DNA of 64,000 nucleotides from Raja brachyura (taxonomy: Eukaryota): positions 123,070,001 to 123,134,000 of the forward strand of contig OY740782.1 of the NCBI GenBank assembly GCA_963514005.1. Reading direction: 5' to 3'. Both the position numbers and the translations under genes were made by a program. A model generated the notes under the pieces. The model was not told the DNA's origin and made no database searches. It saw only the letters and a list, made by a program, of their open reading frames with translations. Positions 1 through 13,654 of the stretch are shown in pieces; the stretch's first letter is position 1; every line of letters starts with the position of its first letter.

Positions 1-1969
1 AGTGCCACATCTAACGCCCTCTTAAATATAGCCAATGAACTGGCCTCAACTACCTTCTGTGGCAGAGAATTCCAGAGACTCACCACTCTCTGTGTAAAGA
101 ATGTTTTCCTCATTTCGGTCCTAAAGGAATTCCCCCTTATCCTTAGACTGTGACCCCTTGTTCTGGACTCCCCCAGCATCGGGAACAATCTTCCAGCATC
201 GAGCTTGTCCAACCCCTTAAGAATTTTGTAAGTTTCTATAAGATCCCCCCTCAATCTTCTAAATTCCAGCGAGTACAAGCCGAGTCTATCCAATCTTTCC
301 TCATATGAAAGTCCTGACATCCCAGGAATCAGTCTGGTGAATCTTCTCTGTACCCCCTCTATGGCAAGGATGTCTTTCCTCAGATTTGGAGACCAAAACT
401 GTACACAATACTCCAGGTGTGGCCTCACCAAAACCCTGTACAACTGCAGTAGTACCTCCCTGCTCCTATACTCAAATCCTTTCGCTATGAATGCTAACAT
501 ACCATTTGCTTTCTTCACTGCCTGCTGCACCTGCATGCCTACTTTCAATGACTGGTGTACCATGACACCCAGGTCTCGTTGCATCTCCCCCTTTCCTAAT
601 CTGCTACCATTCAGATAATAGTCTACCCTCATGTTTTTGCCACCAAAGTGGATAACCTCACATTTATCCACATTATACTGCATCTGCCATGCATCTGCCC
701 ATTCACTCAGCCTCTCCAAATCACCCTGCAGCCTCCAAGCATCCTCCTCACACCTAACTATACCCCCCAGCTTGGTATCATCTGCAAATTTGGAGATGTT
801 GCATTGAATTCCCTCGTCCAAATCATTAATATATATTGTAAATAGCTGGGGTCCCAGCACTGAGCCTTGCGGCACCCCACTAGTCACTGCCTGCCATTCT
901 GAAAAGGACCCGTTTACTCCTACCCTTTGCCTCCTGTCTGCTATCCAGTTCTCTATCCACATCAATACTGAACCCCCAATACCACTTTAAGTGCTTTAAG
1001 TTTGTACGCTAATCTCTTATGCGGGACCTTGTCGAAAGCCTTCTGAAAGTCTAGATATAACACATCCACTGGTTCTCCCTTATCCACTCTACTAGTTACA
1101 TCCTCGAAAAATTCTATCAGATTTGTCAGACATGATTTACCTTTCGTAAATCCATGCTGACTTTGTCCAATGATTTCACCACTTTCCAAATGCGCTGCTA
1201 TCCCATCTTTAATAACCGACTCTAGCAGTTTCCCCACTACCGATGTTAGACTAACTGGTCTGTAATTCCCCGCTTTCTCTCTCCCTCCTTTTTTAAAAAG
1301 TGGGGTTACATTAGCTACCCTCCAATCCTCAGGAACTACTCCAGAATCTAAGGAATTTTGAAAAATTATCACTAATGCATCCACTATTTCTGTGGCTACC
1401 TCCTTGAGTACTCTGGGATGCAGACTATCTGGCCCTGGGGATTTATCGGCCTTCAATCCGTTCAATTTACCCAACACCACCTCCCGGCTAACCTGGATTT
1501 CACTCAGTTCCTCCATCTTATTTGACCCCCGTTCCACTGCTATTTCCGGCAGATTATTTATGTCTTCCTTAGTGAAGACAGAACCAAAGTAGTTATTCAA
1601 TTGGTCTGCCATGTCCTTGTTCCCCATGATCAATTCACCTGTTTCTGACTGCAAGGGACCAACATTTGTTTTAACTGGTCTCTTTCTCTTCACATATCTA
1701 TAAAAACTTTTGCAGTCAGTTTTTATGTTCCCTGCCAGTTTCCTTTCATAATCTATTTTCCCTTTCCTAATTAAGCCCTTTGTCCTCCTCTGCTGGATTC
1801 TGAATTTCTCCCAGTCCTCCGGTAGGCTGCTTTTTCTGGCAAATTTGTATGCCTCATCTTTTCTTTTTATACTATCCCTGATTTCCCTTGTTATCCATGG
1901 ATGCACCACCTTCCCCGATTTATTCTTTTGCCAAACTGGTATGAACAACTTTTGTACTTCATCCATGCA
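1..1969 (-). mobile_element. CR1 LINE ORF2 (RT region and 3' part), 5'-truncated, frameshifted near 990
   Basis: ORF 962..1987 has DKSPGPD, NYRPVSLTS, QHGF, YLDFQKAFDKVPH; the 3' part continues to the window edge. Confidence 0.93.
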
Positions 1970-4900
1970 CAACAAGTAGTTGTGCATGTGGGCACAAACG
2001 ACGTCGGGAAGAAGAGGTTCTGCAACGTGTGTTTGGAGAGTTAGGAAGGGCTGAAAAGCAGGACATGTAGGGCGGTTCTCTCTGGATTGCTTCCAGTACC
2101 TTGTCCTGGTGACGGCAGGAACAGGGAGATAGGGGATCTGAATGGGTGGCTGAGGGGCTGGTGCAGGGAGCAGGGAGCAGAGACCACTGAGACCTCTTCT
2201 GGGATAGGGGTGACCTGTTCAAAAGGGACAGGTTACATCTTAACTGGATTAACTGGAGGGGGACCGACATTCTGGCACAGCCAGGTTTGGTAGTGCTCCA
2301 TGGGAGGTTTTAACTAAATACCGGGGAGGATGGATTGACAAATTGGGAGTATAAGGATGGAGTTAAAGGGGAAGAGAGTACAGGAAAAGTTACGAAAGAC
2401 ACCAGAATTAATGGGACAGAAAGTTCAAGGATAAGAGAGTAAGGTCAGGTGAAAGAGGACCCGGTGTGAGAGGGGAGGTGAATACCGAATTAAAAATATT
2501 GTATATGAATGCACGAGGCTCAGTTAGAAATTGGTGAGAATGATGTTGTGGGAATTACAGAGACATGGCTGCAAGAGGATCAGAGCTGGGAACTGAATAT
2601 AGAAACATAGAAAATAGGTGCATTCGGCTCTTCGAGCCTGCACTGCCATTCAATATGATCATGGCTGATCATTCAACTCAGTATCCTGTACCTGCCTGAT
2701 CCCTTTAGCCACAAGGGCCACATCTAACTCCCTCTTAAATATAGCCAATGTACTGGCCACAACTACCTTATGTGGCAGAGACTTCCACAGATTCACCACT
2801 GTCTGTGTGAAAAATGTTTTTCTCATCTCGGTCCTAAAAGACTTCCCTCTTATCTTTAAACTGTGACTCGTTGTTCTGGACTTCCCAAACATCAGGAACA
2901 ATCTTCCTGCATCTAGCCGGTCCAACCCCTTAAAAATGTTATAAGTTTCTATAAGATCCCCCATCAATCTTCTAAATTCTATTCAGTGGTATACGTCCTA
3001 TCAAAAAGACAGACAGGTGGGCAGAGGGGGTGGGGTCGCTCTGTTGGTAAGGAATGAAATTCAGTCCCTTGCAAGGGGTGACATAGAGTCAGAAGATGTA
3101 GAGTCATTGTGGATAGAACTGAGAAATTGTAAGGGTAAAAAGACCCCAATGGTAGTTATCTACAGGTCTCCAAACAGTAGAATGGAGATAGGGTGCAAGT
3201 TGCATCAGGAGTTAAAATTGGCATGTAACAAAGGTAATGCTATGGAGATTATGGGAGATTTCATCATGCAGGTGGACTGGGAAAATCAGGTTGGTACTGG
3301 ACCCCAAGAAAGGAAGTTTGTAGAGTGCCTCCGAGATGGATTCTCAGAGCAGCTTGTACCGGAGCAGACCAGGGAGCAGGCAATTCTGGATTTAGTGTTA
3401 TGTAATGAACCGGATTTGATAAGGGAACTCAAGGCAAAGGAACCATGATGAGGTAGTGACCATAATATGATATATTGTAATCTGGAATTTGAGCGGGAGA
3501 AGGTAAAAAGTGTCAGTATTCCAGTTAAACAAAGAGGACTATGGAGACATGAGGGAGAAGTGGCCAAAATTGACTGGAATGGGACCCTAGTAGGGATGAC
3601 GGTGGAACAGCAATGGCAGGTATTTCTGGGAATAATCCAGAAGATGCAGATCATTTCATTCCAAAGAGGAAGAAAGATTCTAAGGGGAGTAAGAGGCAAC
3701 CGTGGCTGATAAGGGAAGTCAAGGACAGTATAAAAATAAAAGAGAAGACATATAACATAGCACAGATGAGCGGGAGGATTGGGAAATTTTTAAAGAACAA
3801 CAGAAGGTAACTAAAAAGGCAATGCGGAAAAAAGATGAAGTATGAAGGTAAGCTAGTCAACAATATAAAGGAGGATAGTAAAACCTTCTTTAGGTATGTG
3901 AAGAGGAAAAAATTAGCTAAAACAAATGTGGGTCTCTTGAAGACAGAAACAGGTGAATTTACTTTGGGGAACAAGGAAAAGGCAAACGAGTTGAACAGGT
4001 ACTTTGGTTCTGTCTTCACTAAAGAAGACACATTCAATCTCCCAGATGTGCTCTGGGACAGAGGACCGAGGATGATGGAGGAACTGAAGGAAATTCTTAT
4101 TAGTCAGGAAATGGTGTTGGGTAGACTGATGGGACTGAAGGCTGATAAATCCCTAGGGCCTGGTGGTCTGCATCCCAGGGTACTTGAGGAAGTGGCTCTA
4201 GAAACTATGGATGCATTGGTGATCATTTTGAAATGTTCTATAGATTTTGGATCAGTTCCTGTGGATTGGATGGTAGCTAATGTTATCCCACTTTACAAGA
4301 AAGGAGGGAGAGAGAAAGCAGGGAATTATAGACCAGTTAGCCTGATATCAGTAGTGGGGAAGATGCTGGAGTCGATTATCAAAGGTATCATAGCAGCGCA
4401 TTTGGATAGCAGTAACAGGATGGCGTGGATTTACGAAGGAGAAATCATGCTTGACTAACCTTCTGGAATTTTTTGAGAATGTAACTAGGATATGGACAAG
4501 GGGAGCCAGTGGTTGCAGTGTACCTGGTCTTTCAGAAGACCTTTGATAAGGTCCCATGCAGATTAGTGAGCAAAATTAAAGCACATGGTATTGGGGGCAG
4601 GATATTGACATGGACAAAAAATTGGTTGCCAAACAGGAAACAAAGAGTAGGGATTAACGGGTCCCTTTCAGAATGGCAGGCAGTGACTAGTGGGGTACCG
4701 CAAGGCTCATTGCAGCTATTTACTATATGCATTAATGATTTAGATGAAGGAATTAAAAGTAACATTAGCAAATTTGCAGATGACACAAAGCTGGGTGGAA
4801 GTGTGAACTGTGAAGAGGATGCTATGAGGATGCAGGGTGATTTGGACAGGTTGGGGGAGTCGGCAGATGCAATATAATGTGGATAACTGTGAGGTTATAC

Positions 4901-5680
4901 ACTTTGGTGGCAAGAACGGGAAGGCAGTTTATTATCTGAACGGTGTCAGCTTAGGAAAAGGGGAAGTACAACAAGACCTGGGTGTCCTTGTACACCAGTC
5001 ACTGAAAGTAAACATGCAGGTACAACAGGCAGTGAAGAAAGCTAATGACATGTTGGCCTTCAAAACGAGAGGAGTTGAGTATAGGAGCAAATAGGTCCTC
5101 CTTCAGTTGTACAGGGCCTTGGTGAGACCACACCTGGAGTATTGCATGCAGTTTTGGTCTCCTAATTTGAGGAAGGATATTTTTGCTATTGAGGGAGTGC
5201 AGTGTTGGTTTACAAGGTTAATTCCCGGGATGACAGGGACTGTCATATGAATGGAGCGACTGGGCTTGTGTTCACTGGAATTTAGAAGGATGAGAGGGTA
5301 TCTTATAGAAATTGGACACGCTAGATGGGATTGGACATGGTAGATGCAGGAAACGTTCCCGATGTTGGGGGAGTCCAGAACCAGGGGCCACAGTTTAAGA
5401 ATAAGGGGTAGGCCATTTAGAACTGAGATGTGGAAAAACTTTTTCACACAGAGAGTTGTGAATTTGTGGAACTCTCTGCCTCAGAAGGCAACATAGGCTG
5501 ATTCACTGGATGCATTCAAGAGAGAGTTAGATAGAACTCTTAGGGCTTGCAGAATCAAGGGGTATGGGGAGAAAGCATGAACTGACTGTGGATGATCAGC
5601 CACGATCACATTAAATGGCGGTGCTAGCTCGAAGTGCCGAATGACCAACTCCTGCACCTATTGTCTATGTATCTATGTTA
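1970..5680 (+). mobile_element. Decayed CR1 LINE with ORF1 esterase remnant, ORF2 (APE-RT) and 3' tail
   Basis: VVVHVGTNDVG (SGNH-type ORF1) at ~1976; APE motifs GGGVALLVR and MGDF; RT KFADDTKL; 3' stem-loop plus ctattgtctatg tail; many stops and frameshifts. Confidence 0.9.
2598..2979 (-). mobile_element. CR1 3' fragment inserted in the older CR1
   Basis: ORF 2659..2967 GDLIETY...LWKSLP; tail reads atagaaacatagaaa on +; host CR1 resumes at ~2980. Confidence 0.88.
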
Positions 5681-6529
5681 TCCATGTGGAATATGAGGAG
5701 CTGTTACTCTTTTTTGTGGTTGGCCCCATCTTAGCAGTGAAGGAAGCATGTCAGCCAAGTCAGTGTGGAAATGGGAAGCTGAATTAAAATAGCTGGCAAC
5801 TGAAATATCCAGTTGACCACCGTGGACAGAGCATGCAATGTATTAACTTGATATTCAACCCCTTTCCTAACAAGCTCATTAGTGTCCTCAAATTTCATAT
5901 GCTTCATTTTTAGGTAATATTAGGAATGTAAAGAAATACATTCTGAAAATGTATATAAATTACATCGATAGACATCTTTGTCCTAAGTCTGTTGTAGGAT
6001 CCTCACCTAAAATGTCACCTATCCATGTTCAGAAATACTGCCTGACCCACTGAGTTACTCTGGCACTTTGTGTTCTTTTGTGTAAACTAGAATCTGCAGT
6101 TTCTTGGTTCTATATTCTATGTCCATGACTTCTCTTAATCTTTTCAAAAATTCAACTAGGATTGTCAGCCAAGGTCCACACAAATCTGGATGGCTCTTAC
6201 TGATCAACTGAAAAATGTCAAGATTACTCTAATTTGCAGACGCGAGTAATTTTCCAACAACAGATGTTAGACTAACTGCTCTGCAATTCCTTAGAGTTAT
6301 TTTCCTCTCACCTTTCTTACAGTGCTGAATGGTATGCATAAATCTTCTCATCCAGAAGGAACAGTTCACGAATCAAAAGAACTTGGAAAATTATAGTTTC
6401 GGGGCACTTCCTTTAAAGAGCCATGATGGAAACCATCTGGTCTTGGGAATTTGTCACACTATAATGCCATTATTTTCAAAATCTCTAAAGTCTTGGTCCT
6501 GGGGGTCAGTACCTCCTTTTGCAACTCGA

Positions 6530-7610
6530 CTTCCTGACTGATAGACCAAATTAGTGAGGATAGGTGACAAAACATCCTCCTCAATAATTCTCAACACTGG
6601 TGCCCTACATTCTCAGCCCTTACTGAGAAGGGCGCAAAGGGCTTCTCAGTAACCCTGACTATGGGCTGGAGGTTATGGGCTACACTTTGTCTAGTTATAG
6701 TTAAACATAGACTATGTGGACTATGTATGTCCACATAGTCACAACTGTGTGGACAAATTATGCTACAAATTCATTTACAAGTTTGCAGATGACACAACTG
6801 TAGTGGGCCAGATCTCGAACAATGATAAGACAGAACAAAGGAAGAAGATAGACAGCTTAGTAACATGTGGTCAATTGAACAAACTCTCCCTTAATGGCAT
6901 CAAAATGAAGGAGCTATTGACTTTAGGGAACAGAAAGCATCAATGATGCCCAAGTGGAGATAGTTGATAGCTTCAAGTTCCAGGCATAACCATCACCAAA
7001 GGTTTGTACTGGAGCAGCCAAAATAAAGCCAAGGCCAAAAAAGCACGACACGCTTTGACAGCTCTTACCAACTTCTCTAGATGCACTGTAGCAAGCATCC
7101 TATAGGGATGCATCACAGTTAAGTTTAGCAACAGCTCGGCCCAAGACGGCAAGAAATTGCAGATTTCTGGATATAGCCCAGTCTTTCAAATAAACCAGCC
7201 TCCCCTCAATCAACTCCGTCTACACTTCACGCTGCTTTGGGAAAGCAGCAAACATAATCAAGAACATTCATCCTACTCATTTTCTCCTTTTTCCTCTCCC
7301 ATTGGGCAGAAGATACAAAAGCTTGAAAGCATACTACCACATTCAGATTACTGAACAGTCCTCTCATAAGATAAGGGTATAGTCCTGATCTCTCAACCTA
7401 CCTCATTGCTGCACATTCTATGTAACTCTAACTATAATGCTGTAACAACATATTCTTTACTCCAGCATTTTTCTCTTTGCACGAGCTGTTGTACTTCTGC
7501 GTGGCTTAATTATACTTATGTACACAATATGATTTAACTGAATAGCATGCACACAAAGTTTTTTCTCTACATCTCAGTACATGGGACAATGATAAATTAA
7601 TACCAATACC
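6530..7610 (+). mobile_element. Rex1/Babar-type LINE 3' fragment
   Basis: KFADDTTVVGQISNND RT motif (ORF 6716..6946), degenerate C-terminal region and 3' UTR. Confidence 0.75.
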
Positions 7611-7809
7611 AATAAGATTACACGAGGATTTGGGAAACTGGACCAAGAAATGGCAGATGGTATTTAACTCAGACAAGTGCTATGTGTTGCATTTATATTA
7701 ATTAAACTAAGGCAGGACATACTCTGTTAATAGTACGGCCCTGGAGAGTGTTGTTGAACACAGAGACCTGTGTCCATGACATGATTAGACATAAAATATT
7801 GGAGCAATT

Positions 7810-8573
7810 TGTTAATCCTGGCCAGATTGGAGAGGTTAGAACTTTAAAATAGTGTAAGAGCTTCAGGGCTGCTGGAAGATTTGGTCAATTTGGAATTGCT
7901 CTCTGCAGAGCTGGGACAAGCTGTGGAGTAGTGCCAGTTTTGTCTAGAGCCTAGATACAAGCTGCAGGAAAAGAATAAGAACATCTGCAGACCCTGTCAA
8001 TTAGGTGCAAAATGCATAGAATAGATTGGATGACTGCAAACCAGACATCACCTTGCAAATAATTGTAAATAATGTTGCAGAGCTCTACTTTGCCGAGTGT
8101 TGATTGGATGCAGTATTGAGCCTTGTCCGGGTTTCTTGCAGATCAGGGTAAACATTGCCATGTTTGCTTCCTTGAGAAGCCCTGTTTGAATTCAATGTGT
8201 AACTGCTGTATTATTGTGTTAGGGAAATGTCTGTTATGTATGGGGTTAATCGATATCTGTGATTGGATTGGACCACCCCCATGAGGTTTGGCCCTTCAAG
8301 GTCCCGGAACCGATAAAAGTCTGCTGCCACAAGGTCCTGCGTCGATCTTCTGGGAGAGCGCTTAGGACTGCATGACCTTCTGGAGTGTCTCTGTTTGAGC
8401 GAGGCCTAGAGGGCTTGAACAGGCATATACGAGGATCGAACCAGCATTTGGTAGGTACAGTGGTGGGAACTGTAATTGTGTTTTGTTAAAATAAAGATTA
8501 GCTGATCAAGTGCTTGAGTCAGTGGTTTTTGACTGAAACTAGACTGGGGGGAGCTTACAACGAGCAATTTACA
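7810..8573 (+). mobile_element. Solo LTR related to the 13-23 kb ERV LTRs
   Basis: TG...CA ends (tgttaatcctgg...atttaca); AATAAA near 8490; shares blocks such as agtggtttttgactgaa and ctagactggggg with the ERV LTRs; imperfect 4-bp TSD AATT/AACT. Confidence 0.85.
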
Positions 8574-8861
8574 AACTCAGTCGGACAGGCAGCATTTCGG
8601 GAGAGAAGGAATGGGTGACGTTTCAGGTCGGGAATCTTCTTCAGACTGCCTGACATAATTCTCTGACATTGGTAGATAGGGTGGTGAAGAAGGTGTTTGG
8701 CACATTGCCTTTGATGGTCTGAATACAGCAGTTGGGATCTCATGCTACAACTGTTTAAAAGTAATTGGTGAGAATGCACTTGGAGAATTGTGTGCAATTC
8801 TGAACAGCTATAGGAAGGATGTCATAAAGCTGGAAAGTGGTCAATAATTATTCAGAAGTAT

Positions 8862-9110
8862 GGAGCAGCACGGTGGCACAGCAGTAGAATTGCTGCCTTA
8901 CAGCCCAGAGATCCACATTCAATCCTTACTACAGGTGCTGCCTGGATAAAATGTATACATTCTCCCTGTGACCATGTGGGTTTTCTACGGGTGCTCCGAT
9001 TTCCTCCTACACTCCAAAGACATACAGGTTTGTAGGTCAATTAGCTTTGGTAAACTTTGTAAATTGTCCCTAGTGTGTAGGGTAATGATTGATGGTTGGC
9101 ACAGACTTTT
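8862..9110 (+). mobile_element. HE1/V-SINE-type tRNA-derived SINE
   Basis: tRNA-like head gcagcacggtggcacagcagtagaattgctgcc; V-domain-like ctccgatttcctcctacactccaaagac. Confidence 0.8.
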
Positions 9111-9899
9111 TCCAAGGAACGTACGAGTTTGAAGAGTGACCTTACAGATTAATATAGAAATCAAGAGGAATGTAGATAAAGTGGATGACTACAGTCTTTT
9201 CTTCCAAGATTAGGGAAGTCTAGAGGGTATAGGTTTATGAGAGGGGAAAGTTTTCCAAACAGAGGGTGGTAGGTAAATAGAATCAGCTGCTTAGTTAAGT
9301 TGCAGAGGTGGATACAATTGCACAATTTTAAAGACATTTAGACAGGTTTGTGGATCGGAAAAGATTGGAAAGGAATGGGCCAAACAGAACAAATGAGATG
9401 AGCTCAGATAGATATTTTGGTCAACATGGAAGGGATGGACTGAAAGGCCAATTTCTGAGCCGCAGAACTCTATGACTCTATGTCCCATAATAATTCTTGG
9501 GTTTGCCTTTAACAATGAACTATCAATCACATTTACGATATTATTTCACAACAGTTAATTAATATTCGGGACGGGGGAAGAAGTTGAAACTAAAGCATTA
9601 ACTTACATCCCAGATTTTATAATCTTAGTTTATCAGAATGCATTTAACTACATTGAGCTGAAAACTAGCAATTAACCCAAATTAAAATGTTTATTTTGCT
9701 CCAAGACAGTATCAACATTCAAATGCAATAGCATTTTAGCTAAAAAAAAGTTAACGTAACTTTGTTAGCTGAATTTGAACTTGAATTTTTTTCAATATAT
9801 TTTTAAGCATTTAATATGATGTTTAAAAGATCCTTTTCTTATGGACAAGTGACCATTATCTTTACTTTTATGTAGTGATCAGTGAAAACCGTAGCTCAG

Positions 9900-10730
9900 T
9901 TCTCACACCCATCCCTCCACTCGTAACAAGGACAGAGTCCCCCTTGTCCTCACCTTCCATCTACCAGCCGTCACATACAACAGATAATCCTCCGACATTT
10001 TCGCCACCTCCAACGGGATCCCACCACTGGCCACATCTTCCCATCTCCTCCCGTTTCGGCTTTCTGCAGAGACCGCTCCGTCCATAACTATCTGGTCAAT
10101 TCATCCCTTCCCACCCAAACCAACCCTTCCCCTAGTACTTTCCCTTGCAACCACAGGAAATGCTACACTTGTCGCTTTACCTCCACGCTCGACTCCATCC
10201 AAGGACCCATGCAGACTTTCCAGGTGAGGCAGAGGTTCACTTCCACATCCTTCAACCTCATCTATTGCATTCGTTGCTCTAGGTGTCAACTGCTCTACAT
10301 CGGTGAGACCCAGCGCAGACCGCTTCGCCCAACACCTCCACAGTTCGTATTAACCAACCTGATCTCCCGGTGGCTCAGCAATTCAACTCCCCCTTCCATT
10401 CCGTATCCGACCTTTCTGTCCTGGGCCTCTTCATGGCCAGAGTGAGTCCCACCGCAAATTGGAGGGGCAGCACCTCATATTTCGATCGGATCGTTTACAC
10501 CCCAGTGGTATGAACATTGACTTCTCCAATTTCAAGTAGTCCTTGCTTTCTCCCTCCTTCCCCTCCCCTCCCCAGCTCTCCCACAGCCCACTGTCTCCGT
10601 CTCTTCCTTTCTTTTTCCCTCCCTCCCATCCCGTCTGAAGAGGGCTCTCGACCCAAAACGTCACTTATTCCTTTGTTCCATAGATGCTACCTCACCCGCT
10701 GAGTTTCTCCAGCTTTTTGTCTACCTTTGA
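9900..10730 (+). mobile_element. Penelope-like element 3' fragment (GIY-YIG endonuclease) with terminal repeat
   Basis: FQVRQRFTSTSFNLIYCIRCSRCQLLYIGET (ORF 10209..10445); degenerate hammerhead-like motif at ~10635-10662. Confidence 0.85.
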
Positions 10731-10911
10731 TTTTTAACAATCATTTACCCAGTACATTTGTTGTCCATTACTAAGTATTACTTTGTCTACACACTATTTA
10801 TTTCAATGTAGGCTGCAAAATAAGTGCAAGGCATAAACTGGAAAGTTTTTTTAATTCTCTATGATATTTTATATGACAGGTTTATTTATGAAAATGTTTT
10901 AACAGTTTTAC

Positions 10912-11034
10912 CTGTTGAATTTGAGTAAGATTTTGGGCAAAGGTAGGAGATTTTTCTTTGAGAAATGTAAGTAGATCCTTGTAGATATCACCTTTTCTAT
11001 CATAGATAATATCTTCACTGTCCTTCTTAAAGCC
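10912..11034 (-). CDS. ODAD2: ODAD2/ARMC4 coding exon 6 (123 bp)
   Basis: tag|GGC...CAG|gtaaaa; GFKKDSEDIIYDRKGDIYKDLLTFLKEKSPTFAQNLTQIQQ resembles ARMC4 [23 protein letters not shown]; phase 0 fits the previous exon. Confidence 0.92.
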
Positions 11035-11163
11035 CTAATTAATCAGAATACATTTTATAATGTAGAATTAGTGTTACAGTTTGACAATTTTAACGATAAT
11101 ATAGTATTCATGAAATTTTCCAAGAAATATAATTGTAAAAAATATTTATTTCAATTTACTCAC

Positions 11164-11300
11164 CCCATTTTCAAAAACTCCAGCTGTGCTACAGGTGACA
11201 TGCAGGACATTCGTGTCATGAGTGATAATAATGAGGTAGCAAATATCTCCATATACCTGCCTCCATGGTGGGGCTCTGCATCCATTAGAAAATTCATACT
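11164..11300 (-). CDS. ODAD2: ODAD2/ARMC4 coding exon 5 (137 bp)
   Basis: tag|AG...GGG|gtgagt; [46 protein letters not shown] matches ARMC4 [22 protein letters not shown]. Confidence 0.95.
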
Positions 11301-11446
11301 CTAAAATACACAAAATCAAGATGAAATAATTTTAATGTTAAAATAACGACAAAATCTCCTTCGGTAAAGCAAGAGCAGTTTTCAATCCTCAGTTCAAAAT
11401 CTTTTACGTGGTAATTCCAAATTGATTCAATTCTCCGCATAATTAC

Positions 11447-11553
11447 CTGATGTGTAGCTGATAGATTGTAAAACAGACTTGTCTTCTTCACCAGAGAAAG
11501 ACTGGAGCAATTGTACATCATTCTTTATAACCTGGGGGCTCAGCCGCACTTCT
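11447..11553 (-). CDS. ODAD2: ODAD2/ARMC4 coding exon 4 (107 bp)
   Basis: aag|A GAA GTG...TCA G|gtaatt; EVRLSPQVIKNDVQLLQSFSGEEDKSVLQSISYTS resembles ARMC4 [21 protein letters not shown]...VLESIEYTS; phases consistent. Confidence 0.92.
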
Positions 11554-13085
11554 CTTTTTTTTAAAGGAGAAAAGAGAAAGCAAATCATGAAAATTTAATT
11601 AAATCAACTTCTGTTCAATTCTACCATTTCCTTTATTCAGTTACTTCCAGATTTTATTTTCTGTGTATTAAATCAGCACCAAATATTTTACTCAAAAATG
11701 CATTACTGCGACATCTGGAAAAAATACCCACAAAAATATGTTGGGCAAGCCGGATATTTGCAAGATCTGTAAAGTATAATATAGCCAAGACCTCACAAGC
11801 TGTGCCAAAAGTTGAATATACAAACTGTTTATACCAAATATTCATAAATCTTGGCTCTGCATAAAATATAGCATGCTGTAATTTCAACAATTAAAAACAG
11901 AAATGTATCTAAATTCCTGATAGTGTTAACAGATCTACAAGTAATAAGAAGTGATTTATTTCAGAAGAGTTTAAAACATGTCAAATGTTAGTCATCAAGG
12001 GAGGATATCACACTAGACAGATTTCCCATCATATCATAGAATACATTACTGAAAATGACTACAGGTACTAATCTGGCATTATTCAGAAAATTCCACAAAC
12101 TTTCATCATCATCTTCATACTGAGAAAGAAAACATTCTACTTGTCAATCTAAAAATGAAAGCAGCCACCCATGTTTATGCCAAATATTCTGTCTTCAAAT
12201 TAGCCAAATGGGTACAGTTTAAGAATTAAATGGTCATTTCATTTTCTGAGGGTGAACTCTGATCTCCTAATAGACAGCAGCATACATTGGAACGGATAGG
12301 TAGTAATTCACAGGGAAGTGTAAGAAAAATAAGTTATTTTTGGTTATAAGAGATTTTGGTTTCCACAATAGTAATATAATTGAGGTGGCATGAAAAGATT
12401 TGCATTCTTAAAGTGCATCAAAAAGACTTCTTGAACCAGGACTTAAATAGTCCTATTAGAAAATCGGTTGCAATTAACCTAATCTTGGGGAGGTCAAGAA
12501 TGTTTAATTATGAAGTGTACTGACAACGCAACAATAACATTTTTACTTGTTGCAGCTTCCAGGCTAACTACTGCGATAACGCACAAATAAATATACAATA
12601 ATCAGTACTACAATAAATTAATATTCAGTACAAGTTAGTAACCAGACCTTAACAGTGCAAAGAAGTAAGCTTTTAGTGCAACCAAAAACAAAGTCCATAG
12701 TACGTCATAGTTGCTGAGGTAGGGTTGTGGTTAGTTATGTGTAGTCGTTCAAGAATCAGTTAGTTGCTGCGAAGATATTTTTCTTGAACCTGAAGGCCCA
12801 TTTGTCCTAGCTAGAGGATAAGTGGAGTTTCAGAGGAAGAGCATTTAGAAATGGTGAGTTTCATTGGGTAAGGATGATCCTAAAATTAAGGTTGCAAAGA
12901 CCAATTTCAATCATATAAGAAAGGACCTGGCAAAAGATGACTGCAAGCAGCTACTTGCAAGTAAGTTTACATCTGGACAAATATGAATTATACAAAAATT
13001 AAATAATTAGTTCAGAGCCATCAAGAGTGAAAGGTAAGGACAACAAGTCCAAAGAACTCTGAATGTCAAGGAATTTCAATGGTTG

Positions 13086-13635
13086 TGTAAATCCTGGTCA
13101 AAACGGAGCAGGAATGGAACCAAAATTCAGCAGAGGATTCATGCATTGCTAGGGCATTTTGGACAAGTCTGTGTTTCTGTACATAACAAGACAAGCTGCT
13201 GACTGGTGCCGGTAAGTCTAGGTCCCAGATCAATGTTGCAGATGGGAAATGTATGAGTATCTCTTCAATTGACAGAATTAATTAGATTTTTGCAGTGGAC
13301 CTCCAAAGAAGTATAAATGCATGAAGTTGATTGGATTACTGCAAACGAATTGTAGATATTGTGAATTGTGTAAAAGATGGCTCCATCTTAGATCGAGGTC
13401 GATCTTCTGGAGGAACGCTTGGGACTGCGTGATCTTTTGGAGTGTTTCTCCAAAAGATGCACAAGGCTGAAGGGCTTGACCAGGCAGAGACAAGGATCGA
13501 ACCCGCGGTGGCTTAGGTATCGTATAGGGGAATTTGCTGTTCAATCTAAAAATAAACTTTAGATGTTCCAGTGTTGATTCAGTGGTTTTTGACTGAACTA
13601 GACTGGGGGGTAAGCTTTAGAAGAGCGTATTTACA
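13086..13635 (+). repeat. ERV 5' LTR (internally deleted)
   Basis: Starts tgtaaatcctgg, ends tatttaca; matches 22649-23298 except for a block missing here; AATAAA at ~13551. Confidence 0.9.
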
Positions 13636-13636
13636 T

Positions 13637-13654
13637 TGGGCACTCACCCGGGAT
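13637..13654 (+). promoter_or_regulatory. Primer-binding site, degenerate tRNA-Pro type
   Basis: TGGGCACTCACCCGGGAT just after the LTR, versus the canonical Pro PBS TGGGGGCTCGTCCGGGAT (14/18). Confidence 0.7.

Noticed and set aside
337-845. Short ORFs antisense to CR1 (also at 25829, 26510, 59093, 60461, 63426)
   Set aside because: Recurring antisense frames of CR1 ORF2 with no independent coding evidence.
8862-8935. tRNA gene
   Set aside because: Degenerate tRNA-like SINE head continuing into V-SINE body; no intact cloverleaf.
11251-11257. Apparent donor CAG|gtatat inside the 137-bp exon
   Set aside because: ARMC4 homology continues in frame (VYGDICY...) to the stronger donor at 11164.
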